From an uncultured Candidatus Saccharibacteria bacterium (lineage in GTDB: Bacteria; Patescibacteriota; Minisyncoccia; Phycocordibacterales; PALSA-1337), in assembly GCA_964561875.1 (NCBI GenBank), contig CAZLQL010000002.1:23613-87612 (forward strand): a stretch of DNA of 64,000 bases, read 5' to 3'. The position numbers and the translations under genes are program-made. The notes below the pieces were generated by a model. The model saw only the letters and a program-made list of their open reading frames with translations, had not been told where the DNA came from and did not search any database. This document shows, one piece after another, positions 19,754 through 29,445 of this stretch; position 1 is the first letter of the stretch, and each line of letters opens with the position of its first letter.

Positions 19754-20350
19754 ATGAAAGAAAGAACACTTGTAATCATAAAACCAGATGGAATACAGAG
19801 ATCGCTAGTGGGTGAGGTTGTAGGTCGCTTTGAAAAAGTGGGATTAAAGATAGTTGCAATGAAAATGATGGTTGCAAACGATAGTTTGATAGAACAGCAT
19901 TATACTCTAGATCCAGAATGGAGAAGAATAACTGGTGAGAAAAATATAAAAGCTTATGAGGATAAGGGTTTAGTTCATCCATTAAAAAATGATCCATTAA
20001 AAGTTACAGAAATTATTCTTTCTAAATTAAAAAAGTATTTAACAAGTGGACCTATAATAGCAATTGTTTTAGAAGGTGCACATTCTGTTTCTATAGTGAG
20101 AAAATTGGTTGGAAGTACTGAGCCTTTGATGTCAGATGTTGGAACTATAAGAGGCGATTTTGTTCTTGATTCATATAAACTTGCAGATGATGGAGAGAGG
20201 GCTGTAAGAAACATCGTACACGCTTCAAGTTCTGTAAAAGAAGCTCAAAATGAGATAAAACATTGGTTTAATGAAAAGGAAATAATAGATTATAGACATG
20301 TAAGTGAGAGGATATTATATGATGTAGATATGGACGGTAAAAAAGAATAA
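19754..20350 (+). CDS. ndk: nucleoside diphosphate kinase (with insertions)
   Basis: ERTLVIIKPDG...N..H.S.S active-site region. Confidence 0.85.
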   Translation: MKERTLVIIKPDGIQRSLVGEVVGRFEKVGLKIVAMKMMVANDSLIEQHYTLDPEWRRITGEKNIKAYEDKGLVHPLKNDPLKVTEIILSKLKKYLTSGPIIAIVLEGAHSVSIVRKLVGSTEPLMSDVGTIRGDFVLDSYKLADDGERAVRNIVHASSSVKEAQNEIKHWFNEKEIIDYRHVSERILYDVDMDGKKE

Positions 20351-20581
20351 ACAGTTTATCCACCTCAGATATTGTTTTCTTTTTTTTAAGTTTTATAATA
20401 ACAATAGGTTACGGGAGTATTAATCCTTAACTTATATTTTGGGAGTTCGAATTGGCATACACCTTGGTGTATAGTCTGAGGACACCCACCTAGTTTTACT
20501 AGGTCTAATACTCCAGTAGCCTAATAAAATCATCTGCTTAATATAAGGCAGGTGTTTTTATTTTTGTGTATAATATATGAA

Positions 20582-20968
20582 ATGAATAAAATATTTCTTC
20601 CCGCAATCCTTGTTCTATTACTGGTTTACGTACTTCATATAATTGGTTTTACTTATGCATTTTATACTACAACATGGTGGTACGATGTTATGATGCATAT
20701 CTTAGGTGGAATAGGCATATCTCTATCTGTATTTTGGTTTTTTAAAACATTAAATAAAAACGTACTGGATAAAGATATATATGTTAAGGTCATTATATTT
20801 ACTATACTTGCTGGACTTTTGTGGGAAGGTATAGAAACTTTTTATGGAATAGCTGGAGCTCCAGTAGGTACTATTGCTTACTATGTAGACACTATAAAAG
20901 ACATAATAGACGATACTCTAGGCGCATTTATAACTTTATTTTTAATAAAACTATTTAAAAAACAATGA
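20582..20968 (+). CDS. small integral membrane protein (hypothetical)
   Basis: Four predicted TM helices; start chosen at MNKIFLP. Confidence 0.45.
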   Translation: MNKIFLPAILVLLLVYVLHIIGFTYAFYTTTWWYDVMMHILGGIGISLSVFWFFKTLNKNVLDKDIYVKVIIFTILAGLLWEGIETFYGIAGAPVGTIAYYVDTIKDIIDDTLGAFITLFLIKLFKKQ

Positions 20969-22335
20969 GTCAAAAGATCACATTTCATAGTGGAGTGGGT
21001 AGTGTAACTGGTGCAAACTTCTTATTTGAATTAGGTGATCAAAAGATTTTGGTGGATTGTGGTCTTATCCAAGGTGAAAAAGAAGCAATGGGTGACAATA
21101 GACTACCTTTTGGTTATGATCCAAAAGATATAGATATATTATTTGTTACCCATGCGCACCTTGACCATGTCGGTAGGATTCCAAGACTTATAAAAGAAGG
21201 ATTTGAGGGTGTTATATACTCTACTCCACAGACTTTAGAACTAGCTAAACTTATATTGGAAGATGCCGTTATGCTTTTGCAAAAAGCAGCACAAGAGGAT
21301 GGTTTGCCACCTATGTACAATGAAGATGACATGAGACGCTCATTTTCTCTATGGAAAACTATAGATTATCATACAGAAACACAATTTGAAGGTTTCTCAG
21401 TCTATCTAAAAGACGCTGGTCATATACTGGGTTCATCGATGATAGAGTTTACATATAAAAATGATAATGGTGAAAATAGGAAAGTAATGTTTACAGGAGA
21501 TTTGGGTAATTCACCAAGTCCGTTACTTAGAGATACTGAATCTATACAAGGTATAGATTATATAGTTATGGAAAGTGTTTATGGAGATAGAAACCATGAA
21601 CCAAAAAGTGAAAGAATAGAGAAATTGCAAAGAATAATAGAGGATATAATAAGAAAAAAGGGCACACTTGTCATACCCGCTTTTTCACTAGAAAGAACTC
21701 AAGTGCTTATATATGAAATGAATAATTTATTTGAAAATAAAGTTTTACCCCCAATACCGGTTTATATAGATTCACCTCTAGCAACAAAGATTACTGAAGT
21801 ATATAAAGACGGGGAAGATCTTTTCAATGAGAAGACAAAAGAGCAGATAAAGAGTGGTGATGATATTTTTTCTTTTAAAGGATTAACCTATACACATAGT
21901 TCAGAAGATTCTAAAGCACTAGAAAGAGTTCCGGGTCCAAAGATTATAATAGCAGGATCTGGAATGTCGGTTGGAGGTAGGGTAATAAGACATGAAGAAA
22001 TATATTTACCAGATCCAAATAGTACTATTTTACTCGTCGGGTACCAGACATTGGGAACTATAGGAAGACATTTGCTCGATGGAGATAAAAAGATTCAAAT
22101 ACATAGGGAGACTGTAAAGGTAAAAGCAAAAATAGAATCTATACTAGGTTATTCGTCACACAAAGATAGCGATCATTTGGTGGAATTGGTATCTCAAGCG
22201 AGTGATACATTGAAAAAGGTATTCGTTGTAATGGGGGAGTACAAAAGTGCAACTTTCCTAAGTCAGAGAATAAAGGATGAATTAAATATAAATACGGTTT
22301 GCCCAGAGATAGACAAACCGTATTTATTGGACTAG
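20965..22335 (+). CDS. MBL-fold beta-CASP ribonuclease (RNase J-like)
   Basis: HAHLDHVGRIP metallo-beta-lactamase motif plus beta-CASP-like downstream motifs; 456 aa. Confidence 0.8.
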   Translation: MSQKITFHSGVGSVTGANFLFELGDQKILVDCGLIQGEKEAMGDNRLPFGYDPKDIDILFVTHAHLDHVGRIPRLIKEGFEGVIYSTPQTLELAKLILEDAVMLLQKAAQEDGLPPMYNEDDMRRSFSLWKTIDYHTETQFEGFSVYLKDAGHILGSSMIEFTYKNDNGENRKVMFTGDLGNSPSPLLRDTESIQGIDYIVMESVYGDRNHEPKSERIEKLQRIIEDIIRKKGTLVIPAFSLERTQVLIYEMNNLFENKVLPPIPVYIDSPLATKITEVYKDGEDLFNEKTKEQIKSGDDIFSFKGLTYTHSSEDSKALERVPGPKIIIAGSGMSVGGRVIRHEEIYLPDPNSTILLVGYQTLGTIGRHLLDGDKKIQIHRETVKVKAKIESILGYSSHKDSDHLVELVSQASDTLKKVFVVMGEYKSATFLSQRIKDELNINTVCPEIDKPYLLD

Positions 22336-22350
22336 CTATTATAAAGTTAA

Positions 22351-22701
22351 CTAAGCTACCTTTCTTGCTATTACTTCAAAAGCCTTTGGAGCAATATTTG
22401 CTAGATTTGAAAGAGATTTTCTATCTAGTGCAATATTATTTTTCTTTAGACCACCTATAAACTTGCTGTATGAATATTTTGGATCTATAGCTCTAAGTGC
22501 AGCATTTATACGAACATTCCATAGTTTTCTGTAGTCACCCTTTTTGTCTCTTCTGTGAGCAAAAGCGTATGTACCTGCATGTGAAATAGCTTCATAAGCA
22601 GCTCTCTCTGTCTTGCTTCTACGGAAACGGTAACCCTTTACCTGTCTTAGTATATTTCTTCTTGTTTTTAGTGCATTTACACCCTTTTTTACTCTTGCCA
22701 T
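22351..22701 (-). CDS. rplT: 50S ribosomal protein L20
   Basis: MARVKKGVNALKTRR. Confidence 0.95.
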   Translation of the reverse strand: MARVKKGVNALKTRRNILRQVKGYRFRRSKTERAAYEAISHAGTYAFAHRRDKKGDYRKLWNVRINAALRAIDPKYSYSKFIGGLKKNNIALDRKSLSNLANIAPKAFEVIARKVA

Positions 22702-22725
22702 TGTATTTCTTTTATTAAATTAAAT

Positions 22726-22914
22726 TTATGCATTTACTAGAAAACGACTCTTCTCCTTTGCTGTCATATGGAAAGGAACCATAGAGTTCTTTTTCTTTAG
22801 TTGTGAACGTCTGCTCTCTTTTGAATTGAAGTGGTTTTGTCCAGCTCTTCTAGACAGAATCTTTCCATTCTTTGTTATCTTCAGTCTCTTTAAATATGAT
22901 TTATTTGATTTCAT
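22726..22914 (-). CDS. rpmI: 50S ribosomal protein L35
   Basis: 62 aa basic protein; infC-rpmI-rplT order. Confidence 0.85.
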   Translation of the reverse strand: MKSNKSYLKRLKITKNGKILSRRAGQNHFNSKESRRSQLKKKNSMVPFHMTAKEKSRFLVNA

Positions 22915-22937
22915 GATATTTTTATTAAATAGAAAAG

Positions 22938-23498
22938 CTATTTTTTCTCAATTATTGCTGTTAAGCCCTTTAGACTCTTTGTAGGTTCGCTAGATATTTT
23001 GTACTCGACCGTTATGAGCTTCAATATTCGCTCCATACGTTCCTTTAGAAAATTTTGGTCCATGTACTTTGATCTTCCAACGAGAAATAGATCTATCTTC
23101 ACTCTATTGCCTTCTTTTAGCCATTCAGAAGCCTTCTTGGCCTTAAGCTCTAGATCGTGCTCTCCAGTACCTATTTTTACCTGTATATTTTTGAGATCTG
23201 ACGTAACAGAGCGGGATTTTGCTACCTTCTGCTTCTTCTTTTCGTCATATTGAAATTTACCATAATCCATGATTTTTGCAACTGGTGGGGTGGCAGTAGG
23301 GGATATTTCAATAAGATCGAGATTTCTTAGTTTTGCTTCTTCAAGAGCTTTAGAAAGTGTAATAACACCCAGATTTTCTCCATCTGTGGTTATTACCCTT
23401 AGTTCAGGTGCTTTTATTTGAAAATTTATTTTTACTCTAGGGGTCAATTTGAGTCTTATTTGAGCCTTATTTATAGCATATATGATAGATTTAGGCAA
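22938..23498 (-). CDS. infC: translation initiation factor IF-3 (non-ATG start likely)
   Basis: IKAPELRVI...LDLIEISP...KIMDYGKFQY. The ORF-track start codon is TTG, and AUA/AUU candidates follow it, consistent with infC autoregulation. Confidence 0.9.
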   Translation of the reverse strand: MPKSIIYAINKAQIRLKLTPRVKINFQIKAPELRVITTDGENLGVITLSKALEEAKLRNLDLIEISPTATPPVAKIMDYGKFQYDEKKKQKVAKSRSVTSDLKNIQVKIGTGEHDLELKAKKASEWLKEGNRVKIDLFLVGRSKYMDQNFLKERMERILKLITVEYKISSEPTKSLKGLTAIIEKK

Positions 23499-23565
23499 TG
23501 TTTATTATAACCTTATATAACTGTAATTTATTATATATAAGGAAGTATATAAACAAGGTCTTTAT

Positions 23566-24672
23566 CTAAAGAAATTTTCTTATCAGAATAATAAGTATTT
23601 CAACTATCTTTTCAAGAAAGAATCGATTTCTCCATTCCACAAGCTTTATTTCACTTGAATCTTTAATATCATTTACAAAGTGGGAAACTATCTCTTCTGC
23701 AAATTTTCCATTACTTGTAACTATATTTGCTTCAAAGTTATATAGTAAACTAGCATTATCCATATTTAGACTACCTACACTAGACCATTTTCCATCTATC
23801 ACTATAGATTTTGTATGTATCATATTGCCAGAATATAGGAATATTCTAACTCCAGATCTAAGTAGTGTGTCAAAGAATGATCTTGCACCAAGATCTACGG
23901 CAACATGATCTGATTTTTCTGGCATTAGTATCCTAACGTCTACTTTTCTATGTGCTGCCAATTTTATAACTCTTGCTAGTCTAGCTGGTGGTACAAAGTA
24001 TGGTGTTGTTATATATATGTAAGATCTGGCATTTCTTATAGCTTCAAGTAGGGCGGAATACATATATCTTCGACCAGGTGTTGGATTGTTTGTAATATAG
24101 TTGAATTCCGGATCCTTTGGGTCCATGTATGGAGGTAGTGGAGTCTGATGTCTCGATCTCATCCACATTCTATTGAAAGCTTGAGACATTTCTTTTACTA
24201 CTAGACCTTCCAACCTCACGTTTGTGTCTCTCCAGTTTTTTAATTTACTTTCTATACATATACTTCCTGTATAACCAATTTTTTTATCAATAACTATAGT
24301 TCTTCTATGATTTCTAAGAAACCATGATCTATAGTCTGGGATTTTGAAATAATTTGGAATAAGTGTTTTCCAAAACATAAGCTCTATTCCTTTTTCTTTC
24401 AATTCATCTGCAATACTAGATCCAGAAAAAGAGAAACTTCCACCAGCATCCCAAAGAAATCTCACTCTAACTCCTGCTTTTGCTCTTTCGCTACAAATAT
24501 CTATGAGCTTTTGCCCAAATTCATCTTTTATAAATATAAACTGTTCAAGATCTATACTTTTTTCAGATTTTTTACAATCTTGCAGGATAGATTCCCAAGC
24601 CTCACTATTGTTTGCATATAGTGTGTATCTCTTTTCTTCTTCCATGTATATAAGGATACCATATTTATACAC
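23566..24672 (-). CDS. phospholipase D / cardiolipin synthase family protein
   Basis: Two HKD-like motifs, including HTKSIVIDGKWSSVGSLNMDNAS. Confidence 0.8.
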   Translation of the reverse strand: MYKYGILIYMEEEKRYTLYANNSEAWESILQDCKKSEKSIDLEQFIFIKDEFGQKLIDICSERAKAGVRVRFLWDAGGSFSFSGSSIADELKEKGIELMFWKTLIPNYFKIPDYRSWFLRNHRRTIVIDKKIGYTGSICIESKLKNWRDTNVRLEGLVVKEMSQAFNRMWMRSRHQTPLPPYMDPKDPEFNYITNNPTPGRRYMYSALLEAIRNARSYIYITTPYFVPPARLARVIKLAAHRKVDVRILMPEKSDHVAVDLGARSFFDTLLRSGVRIFLYSGNMIHTKSIVIDGKWSSVGSLNMDNASLLYNFEANIVTSNGKFAEEIVSHFVNDIKDSSEIKLVEWRNRFFLEKIVEILIILIRKFL

Positions 24673-24746
24673 ATATAAGGCTTATCATTTGCACTATTTT
24701 TCTATAATGGAGTTATAATATATAGGTATTAGACTAATAAAAAAAT

Positions 24747-25214
24747 ATGACAAAATCACAAAGTTTTTTTCTGCTTTTATTAAGACTTACTACAGGGTTT
24801 ATGATGTTTTACGCAGGTATTACAAAAGTCATCGATCCTACATGGTCATCTGTAGGGTATTTGAAAGGTGCAAAAATGCTCACTGGCTTCTATGCTTTTT
24901 TGCAAGGGTCGAGTATTTTACCTATAGTTGATTTTGTAAATGAGTGGGGACTTACACTTTTGGGAATATCACTAATACTCGGAGTCGGAGTAAGACTCTC
25001 AGCTCCTCTTGGTGCTTTGCTAATGATTCTTTATTACATACCACTCGGTTTCCCTTATCCAAACCCACATGCATTCATAGTTGATGAACATATAATATAT
25101 GCAACCATATTACTATTTTTTGCTTCAATAGATGCAGGACAGTATTTTGGTCTATCAAATAAAATGAGAGAAACATTTCTAGCCAAAATTCCTTTTTTTG
25201 GAAAATATGTATAG
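24747..25214 (+). CDS. DoxX family membrane protein
   Basis: LLLLRLTTGFMMFYAGITK DoxX-like helices. Confidence 0.75.
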   Translation: MTKSQSFFLLLLRLTTGFMMFYAGITKVIDPTWSSVGYLKGAKMLTGFYAFLQGSSILPIVDFVNEWGLTLLGISLILGVGVRLSAPLGALLMILYYIPLGFPYPNPHAFIVDEHIIYATILLFFASIDAGQYFGLSNKMRETFLAKIPFFGKYV

Positions 25215-25266
25215 AAAACAATAACTATATAAGTTTATATTTTGATTGTGTGTTAAAATTTAATAA

Positions 25267-28200
25267 ATGAATAAAAGTAACGATCGAGTTCTGATCCCAG
25301 TATTATTTTTAATTATTGTTTTTGTATTTATTACTATTTTTAAGATAGGTGGTATAAATATTTCTGGGATAAATCATAAGGCGATGGTTCATGAAGGTAT
25401 GAGTATTACGTTTAAAGACTCTTATCAACCTTCGTTTTTATCAAATCTAATTTCAAGAGTTGGATTGTCTAGTGCATATACAGCACTAAGTGGTGCTAGT
25501 AATGGAAAAATATCATATATAGAAGTTGTGCAACATGATGATATGGCCCAACTTAAAAGTTCCGAATACAATAAAATAAGAAAAGATTATGTGCCTGATT
25601 ATGCAAATATCGCTACTGTTGCTGCAAAATCTAGTGGTAATTGGAGCGATGTATTTTCTGGTTATACTTTCGATCAATCAACTATAGTACTTATACCTGA
25701 AGGAATAAGTATAAATTATGATATTGATAACAATGTTTTAATAAAAGGAATAGCAATAAAAGGTAAACTGAGTTTTGATCAAAATAAAAATACAAATCTA
25801 AAAATCGGGACAATCGTACTATATCCATCAGGAACTTATGAAGACAAACCAAGTAGTAGCGTAAGTCATAAGATTACATTTTCAGGTGAAATCGATAAGA
25901 ATATTGATCCTTTTCAAATGACTATTGGTTTGGTATCGATAGGTGGTAGGGTTGATATATATGGCAAAGATATAAAAGAATATTCAAAGATAGTTTCAGC
26001 AAATAGTAATTCTATTACAGTAGAAAATGCTTCAGGTTGGAAATCTGGTGATTCGATAATAGTTTATGAATCAGCAAAATTAAATAAGGCGAGTCTAAAA
26101 CAACAAATATTAAATATATCCTCTGTTCAAGGAAATCAGATAACATTAAATAATTCAATAGTTGGAGGTGTTGGGAAGTTTGCAATCTTGGCAACAAGGA
26201 ATGTTACATTTCAAAGTGATAGTAAGGGTGATAGAGGTCATATGATGTTTCTTGGTGATACATTAGTATCAATAAAAAATATTGCAGTGATAGATCTAGG
26301 TAGAACAACTACTAGCGCCACAGTGAGTGTAAAGAAAGTAGGTGATACATATATTCCTGGAGATAATCAGATAGGAAGATATCCGATACATGCACATCAT
26401 CTTCAAAAGAAGTTTGTTATTGAGGGAAGTATTGTTTATGGTTCACGTGACGAAAATATATTTTACTATAAAAATCTCTCAAGAAGGTTTGTAAATAACA
26501 CACCTCTGTCAGTATATATATCCACAGGAAAAGATCCTTTGGGAGATCAGATGGAGTCGGTGGTGTGGCCAACATCACATGATATAGTCGCTTCATCAAA
26601 CGGACGTTGGTGGTTTCTATACAATCCTGTTGGTGAAATGCCTGCACCCACTGCAGAGGCGACAGGATTTGCTCCATACAAAACACGCATAGGTAGCAAT
26701 AACGATGTTGAAATACTTGATTCAAATAATAATTGGGTAAAAACTGGTTGGATAAAGTATAAAGCAGTCATAAAAAATGGAAAGATATATGGCGATGGGA
26801 CTGTGGATTCTAGAATATCAGTAATAGACACACCTATTGCTTCACCAAAATGGGGTATAGTAAGTCATAATAGTTACGGTGATATAAAAAACAATGTAGT
26901 TGTAGGAGCAGAAGGCTCGGGTATAACAACAGAAGAGGGACTAGAGTCAGGCATAATAGATTCAAATCTAGTTGTGGGGTTGGGAGGTGGTACGGGTGAA
27001 CATGATGATAAAAGATGGTGGGGATTCGGTTTGAAAAAGCTTGATCTAGGATACGGTGGTGTAGCATTTTGGCATGCATCTATGGTCCCAGAGATTACAA
27101 ACAATATCGCAGATGGATTGTTTAGATTTGGTGTATATGTTGTTTATCATCCTTATGATGTTAATGGAGCTGTACCATCGATTAATAATTCAAATCAATA
27201 TAGCTTCCCAAATATTCCAGGAATGCCTTATCAATTAACAAATTATAAAGGCTTTACAAATGGAATAATGAAGTTTGAAAACAATACCTCATATGCAGAA
27301 TCTGGTCATGATGCTTCATCACTCATGCTTATAAATATAGGATCGTCAGATATTGAAACTACAAATCCATATAATGTCGTATCAAATTTTACTGCATATC
27401 ATAAAGGTATGACGGTAATTAGTATGGCCCCAATTACATTTACTGGATTGAGGTTATATGGAGATGGGGTGGGTACAGGAATAAATGCTGGTGATACTGA
27501 ATATTCTTTGATAAACAGTGAGGTTAAGTATTTTTCAAAAGGGATAAATTATGACAGGCATTCTCTAAGTATTATTGATTCGGTAGTTGATCATGTTCAG
27601 ACAAATTCACAAGCACAAGGTAAAATATATTATGATTCATTGTCTAAGAAAAGAGATAGAATATCAAAAAATAAGGATACTTATACAAAAGAAGCAATCA
27701 AGGAAAATAAAGATGCGAACTTTATCGCTGTGCTTGATCATGACAATGTATTTAATGCCATAAATAAAGATGAATCATTAAAAGGTTGGGCTACTATAGA
27801 TATAGATAAAGAAAAGCAGACTGTTACTATGAAGTGGAATCTTCATGATGGAAATAGTCCGATAATAAATATAGATGTAGTTGTTCCATCGAATGATATA
27901 GGTATACCTGCTATTATTCCTAATAAATTAAAAAGGGTATTTATGGTTTCTCAAGATAATACAAAATATAGTGGATCTTATGTTGTTACAAAAGCTGATA
28001 TAGAATCTGGAAGGTATTTCCCAGGAAAATATAATGGAGCAAAACCTCTGACATTTGAAGAATTTATAAGTTATTTAAACAAAGGAATGGTTGAGATTAG
28101 ATTTATAACCAATCATATAAACTTTGTTGATTCTGGTGCTTGGATAGAGGCACAAGGAAGTTTTGTTAAATATAAAGGTGTATCAAATTCTGATGATGTT

Positions 28201-28875
28201 AAACCTATTGAAAATAAACCAATTGAAACAACAGTTGATAAGAACAATCAGGTAAATATACCAGTTGGTCAAGTGCCAAAGGCTGTAGAATCTATGCCAG
28301 CGCCTGACACTGGATTACAAAACCTAAATCCAGTACAAACAACTATACCTATTATAAATACCAATACAAACACTAATACCAATACTAATTCTAATCCTAA
28401 TCCTAATACACAAAACACACCTGCAAACACAGACAATTCAAGTTCTAAATATGTAAAAGCATTAAATGGTTTTATTCCAAAAGGTGGAGATTCTAGTGCG
28501 GATGCTTCAAGGGTATCTGTGGATGAAGACAAGGCTTCCGCAAATTCATATTCTTCTGGATCATATAACGGCAATTCAAATGACTGGGTTTGGGATCTTA
28601 ATATCAATACTCCATCAGACAGAAAAATATATAATATAAGAATAACAGATGGAGAAAGTACATGGTCTACAAATGAGGATATTTATTGGCCACTGGTTGC
28701 ATTTAAAGATGGGAAACAAATGCATACAACAAGATCTGATCCTTTTATGATAACTGTGCCAGGGTTAAATAAAATCAGACTCTATGGACAGCAAAAAACT
28801 GCGTCATATAAAACAGTAAAAATATTTATAAACTTTGATCAGACAGACTATATAGAGGTAAGTAATGTGAGGTAG
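25267..28875 (+). CDS. giant secreted/surface protein (1202 aa), probable beta-helix with a low-complexity TNTNTNSNPNPN linker
   Basis: N-terminal TM/signal segment. A GRYPIHAHH segment may be beta-helix/G8-like, with low confidence. A hexanucleotide-repeat-encoded linker lies at 28355-28410. The stop codon falls inside a 22-bp direct repeat. Confidence 0.6.
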   Translation: MNKSNDRVLIPVLFLIIVFVFITIFKIGGINISGINHKAMVHEGMSITFKDSYQPSFLSNLISRVGLSSAYTALSGASNGKISYIEVVQHDDMAQLKSSEYNKIRKDYVPDYANIATVAAKSSGNWSDVFSGYTFDQSTIVLIPEGISINYDIDNNVLIKGIAIKGKLSFDQNKNTNLKIGTIVLYPSGTYEDKPSSSVSHKITFSGEIDKNIDPFQMTIGLVSIGGRVDIYGKDIKEYSKIVSANSNSITVENASGWKSGDSIIVYESAKLNKASLKQQILNISSVQGNQITLNNSIVGGVGKFAILATRNVTFQSDSKGDRGHMMFLGDTLVSIKNIAVIDLGRTTTSATVSVKKVGDTYIPGDNQIGRYPIHAHHLQKKFVIEGSIVYGSRDENIFYYKNLSRRFVNNTPLSVYISTGKDPLGDQMESVVWPTSHDIVASSNGRWWFLYNPVGEMPAPTAEATGFAPYKTRIGSNNDVEILDSNNNWVKTGWIKYKAVIKNGKIYGDGTVDSRISVIDTPIASPKWGIVSHNSYGDIKNNVVVGAEGSGITTEEGLESGIIDSNLVVGLGGGTGEHDDKRWWGFGLKKLDLGYGGVAFWHASMVPEITNNIADGLFRFGVYVVYHPYDVNGAVPSINNSNQYSFPNIPGMPYQLTNYKGFTNGIMKFENNTSYAESGHDASSLMLINIGSSDIETTNPYNVVSNFTAYHKGMTVISMAPITFTGLRLYGDGVGTGINAGDTEYSLINSEVKYFSKGINYDRHSLSIIDSVVDHVQTNSQAQGKIYYDSLSKKRDRISKNKDTYTKEAIKENKDANFIAVLDHDNVFNAINKDESLKGWATIDIDKEKQTVTMKWNLHDGNSPIINIDVVVPSNDIGIPAIIPNKLKRVFMVSQDNTKYSGSYVVTKADIESGRYFPGKYNGAKPLTFEEFISYLNKGMVEIRFITNHINFVDSGAWIEAQGSFVKYKGVSNSDDVKPIENKPIETTVDKNNQVNIPVGQVPKAVESMPAPDTGLQNLNPVQTTIPIINTNTNTNTNTNSNPNPNTQNTPANTDNSSSKYVKALNGFIPKGGDSSADASRVSVDEDKASANSYSSGSYNGNSNDWVWDLNINTPSDRKIYNIRITDGESTWSTNEDIYWPLVAFKDGKQMHTTRSDPFMITVPGLNKIRLYGQQKTASYKTVKIFINFDQTDYIEVSNVR
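28846..28867. repeat. 22-bp direct repeat, left copy (atagaggtaagtaatgtgaggt)
   Basis: Exact 22/22 match to 31222-31243. It overlaps the stop codon of the giant ORF. Confidence 0.85.
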
Positions 28876-28920
28876 AAGGTGTGGTTAAATAAGAAATAAA
28901 GTGTATTGAATTTTGAGTAT

Positions 28921-28958
28921 AAAAAATAACCCCACAGAACGTTTGTGTTCCGTGGGGC
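28921..28958 (-). terminator. rho-independent terminator for the minus-strand GC-rich operon
   Basis: Hairpin ccccacagaac/gttccgtgggg with a T tract on the minus strand. Confidence 0.6.
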
Positions 28959-28980
28959 CGAGCTAGCAAATTAATTTTTA

Positions 28981-29445
28981 CTATCCTAATATGTGACGTT
29001 CGATATCGAGCCAGCTTTCGACTCGAGTGGTGCTTGAGAGCTCCGCTTGCCATTTTTCAGCATCTTCCTGATTCGCTTGGAAAAGTAATCGATGGGTAAT
29101 AAAAGGCATATGACTCATGACTTCCGGTCGGTCGTCAATGAAATGAGTGATTCCAAGACGATGACAGATCGGAGCTTTGTCACGACGCTCTGCGCAGAAA
29201 TGGAGGTGGTCTGTGGCGATTCCGACAGACTGGAGAAATCGAGTCGAGCGTAGCCAAGCCTCAGCTCTGACTTGTTGTTCAGGAGTTACTCGTGAGATGA
29301 TATGCACCCTCTCACCGAATTTCTCTGATACAAGCCTTCGAATGACTCGATCTGCATCTGGGAGTAGAACTTGCATACCGTTTACACGGTGCACAATGGT
29401 TCTTCCCAGATCGATACCAAGAGCATTTTCAGTTTTTATTTCCAT
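28981..29445 (-). CDS. HAD-superfamily-like small protein (degenerate motif I), GC-rich
   Basis: GIDLGRTIV ... HFIDDRPE resembles HAD motifs I and IV, but the second Asp is replaced. Overlaps the upstream gene by 17 bp. Confidence 0.4.
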   Translation of the reverse strand: MEIKTENALGIDLGRTIVHRVNGMQVLLPDADRVIRRLVSEKFGERVHIISRVTPEQQVRAEAWLRSTRFLQSVGIATDHLHFCAERRDKAPICHRLGITHFIDDRPEVMSHMPFITHRLLFQANQEDAEKWQAELSSTTRVESWLDIERHILG

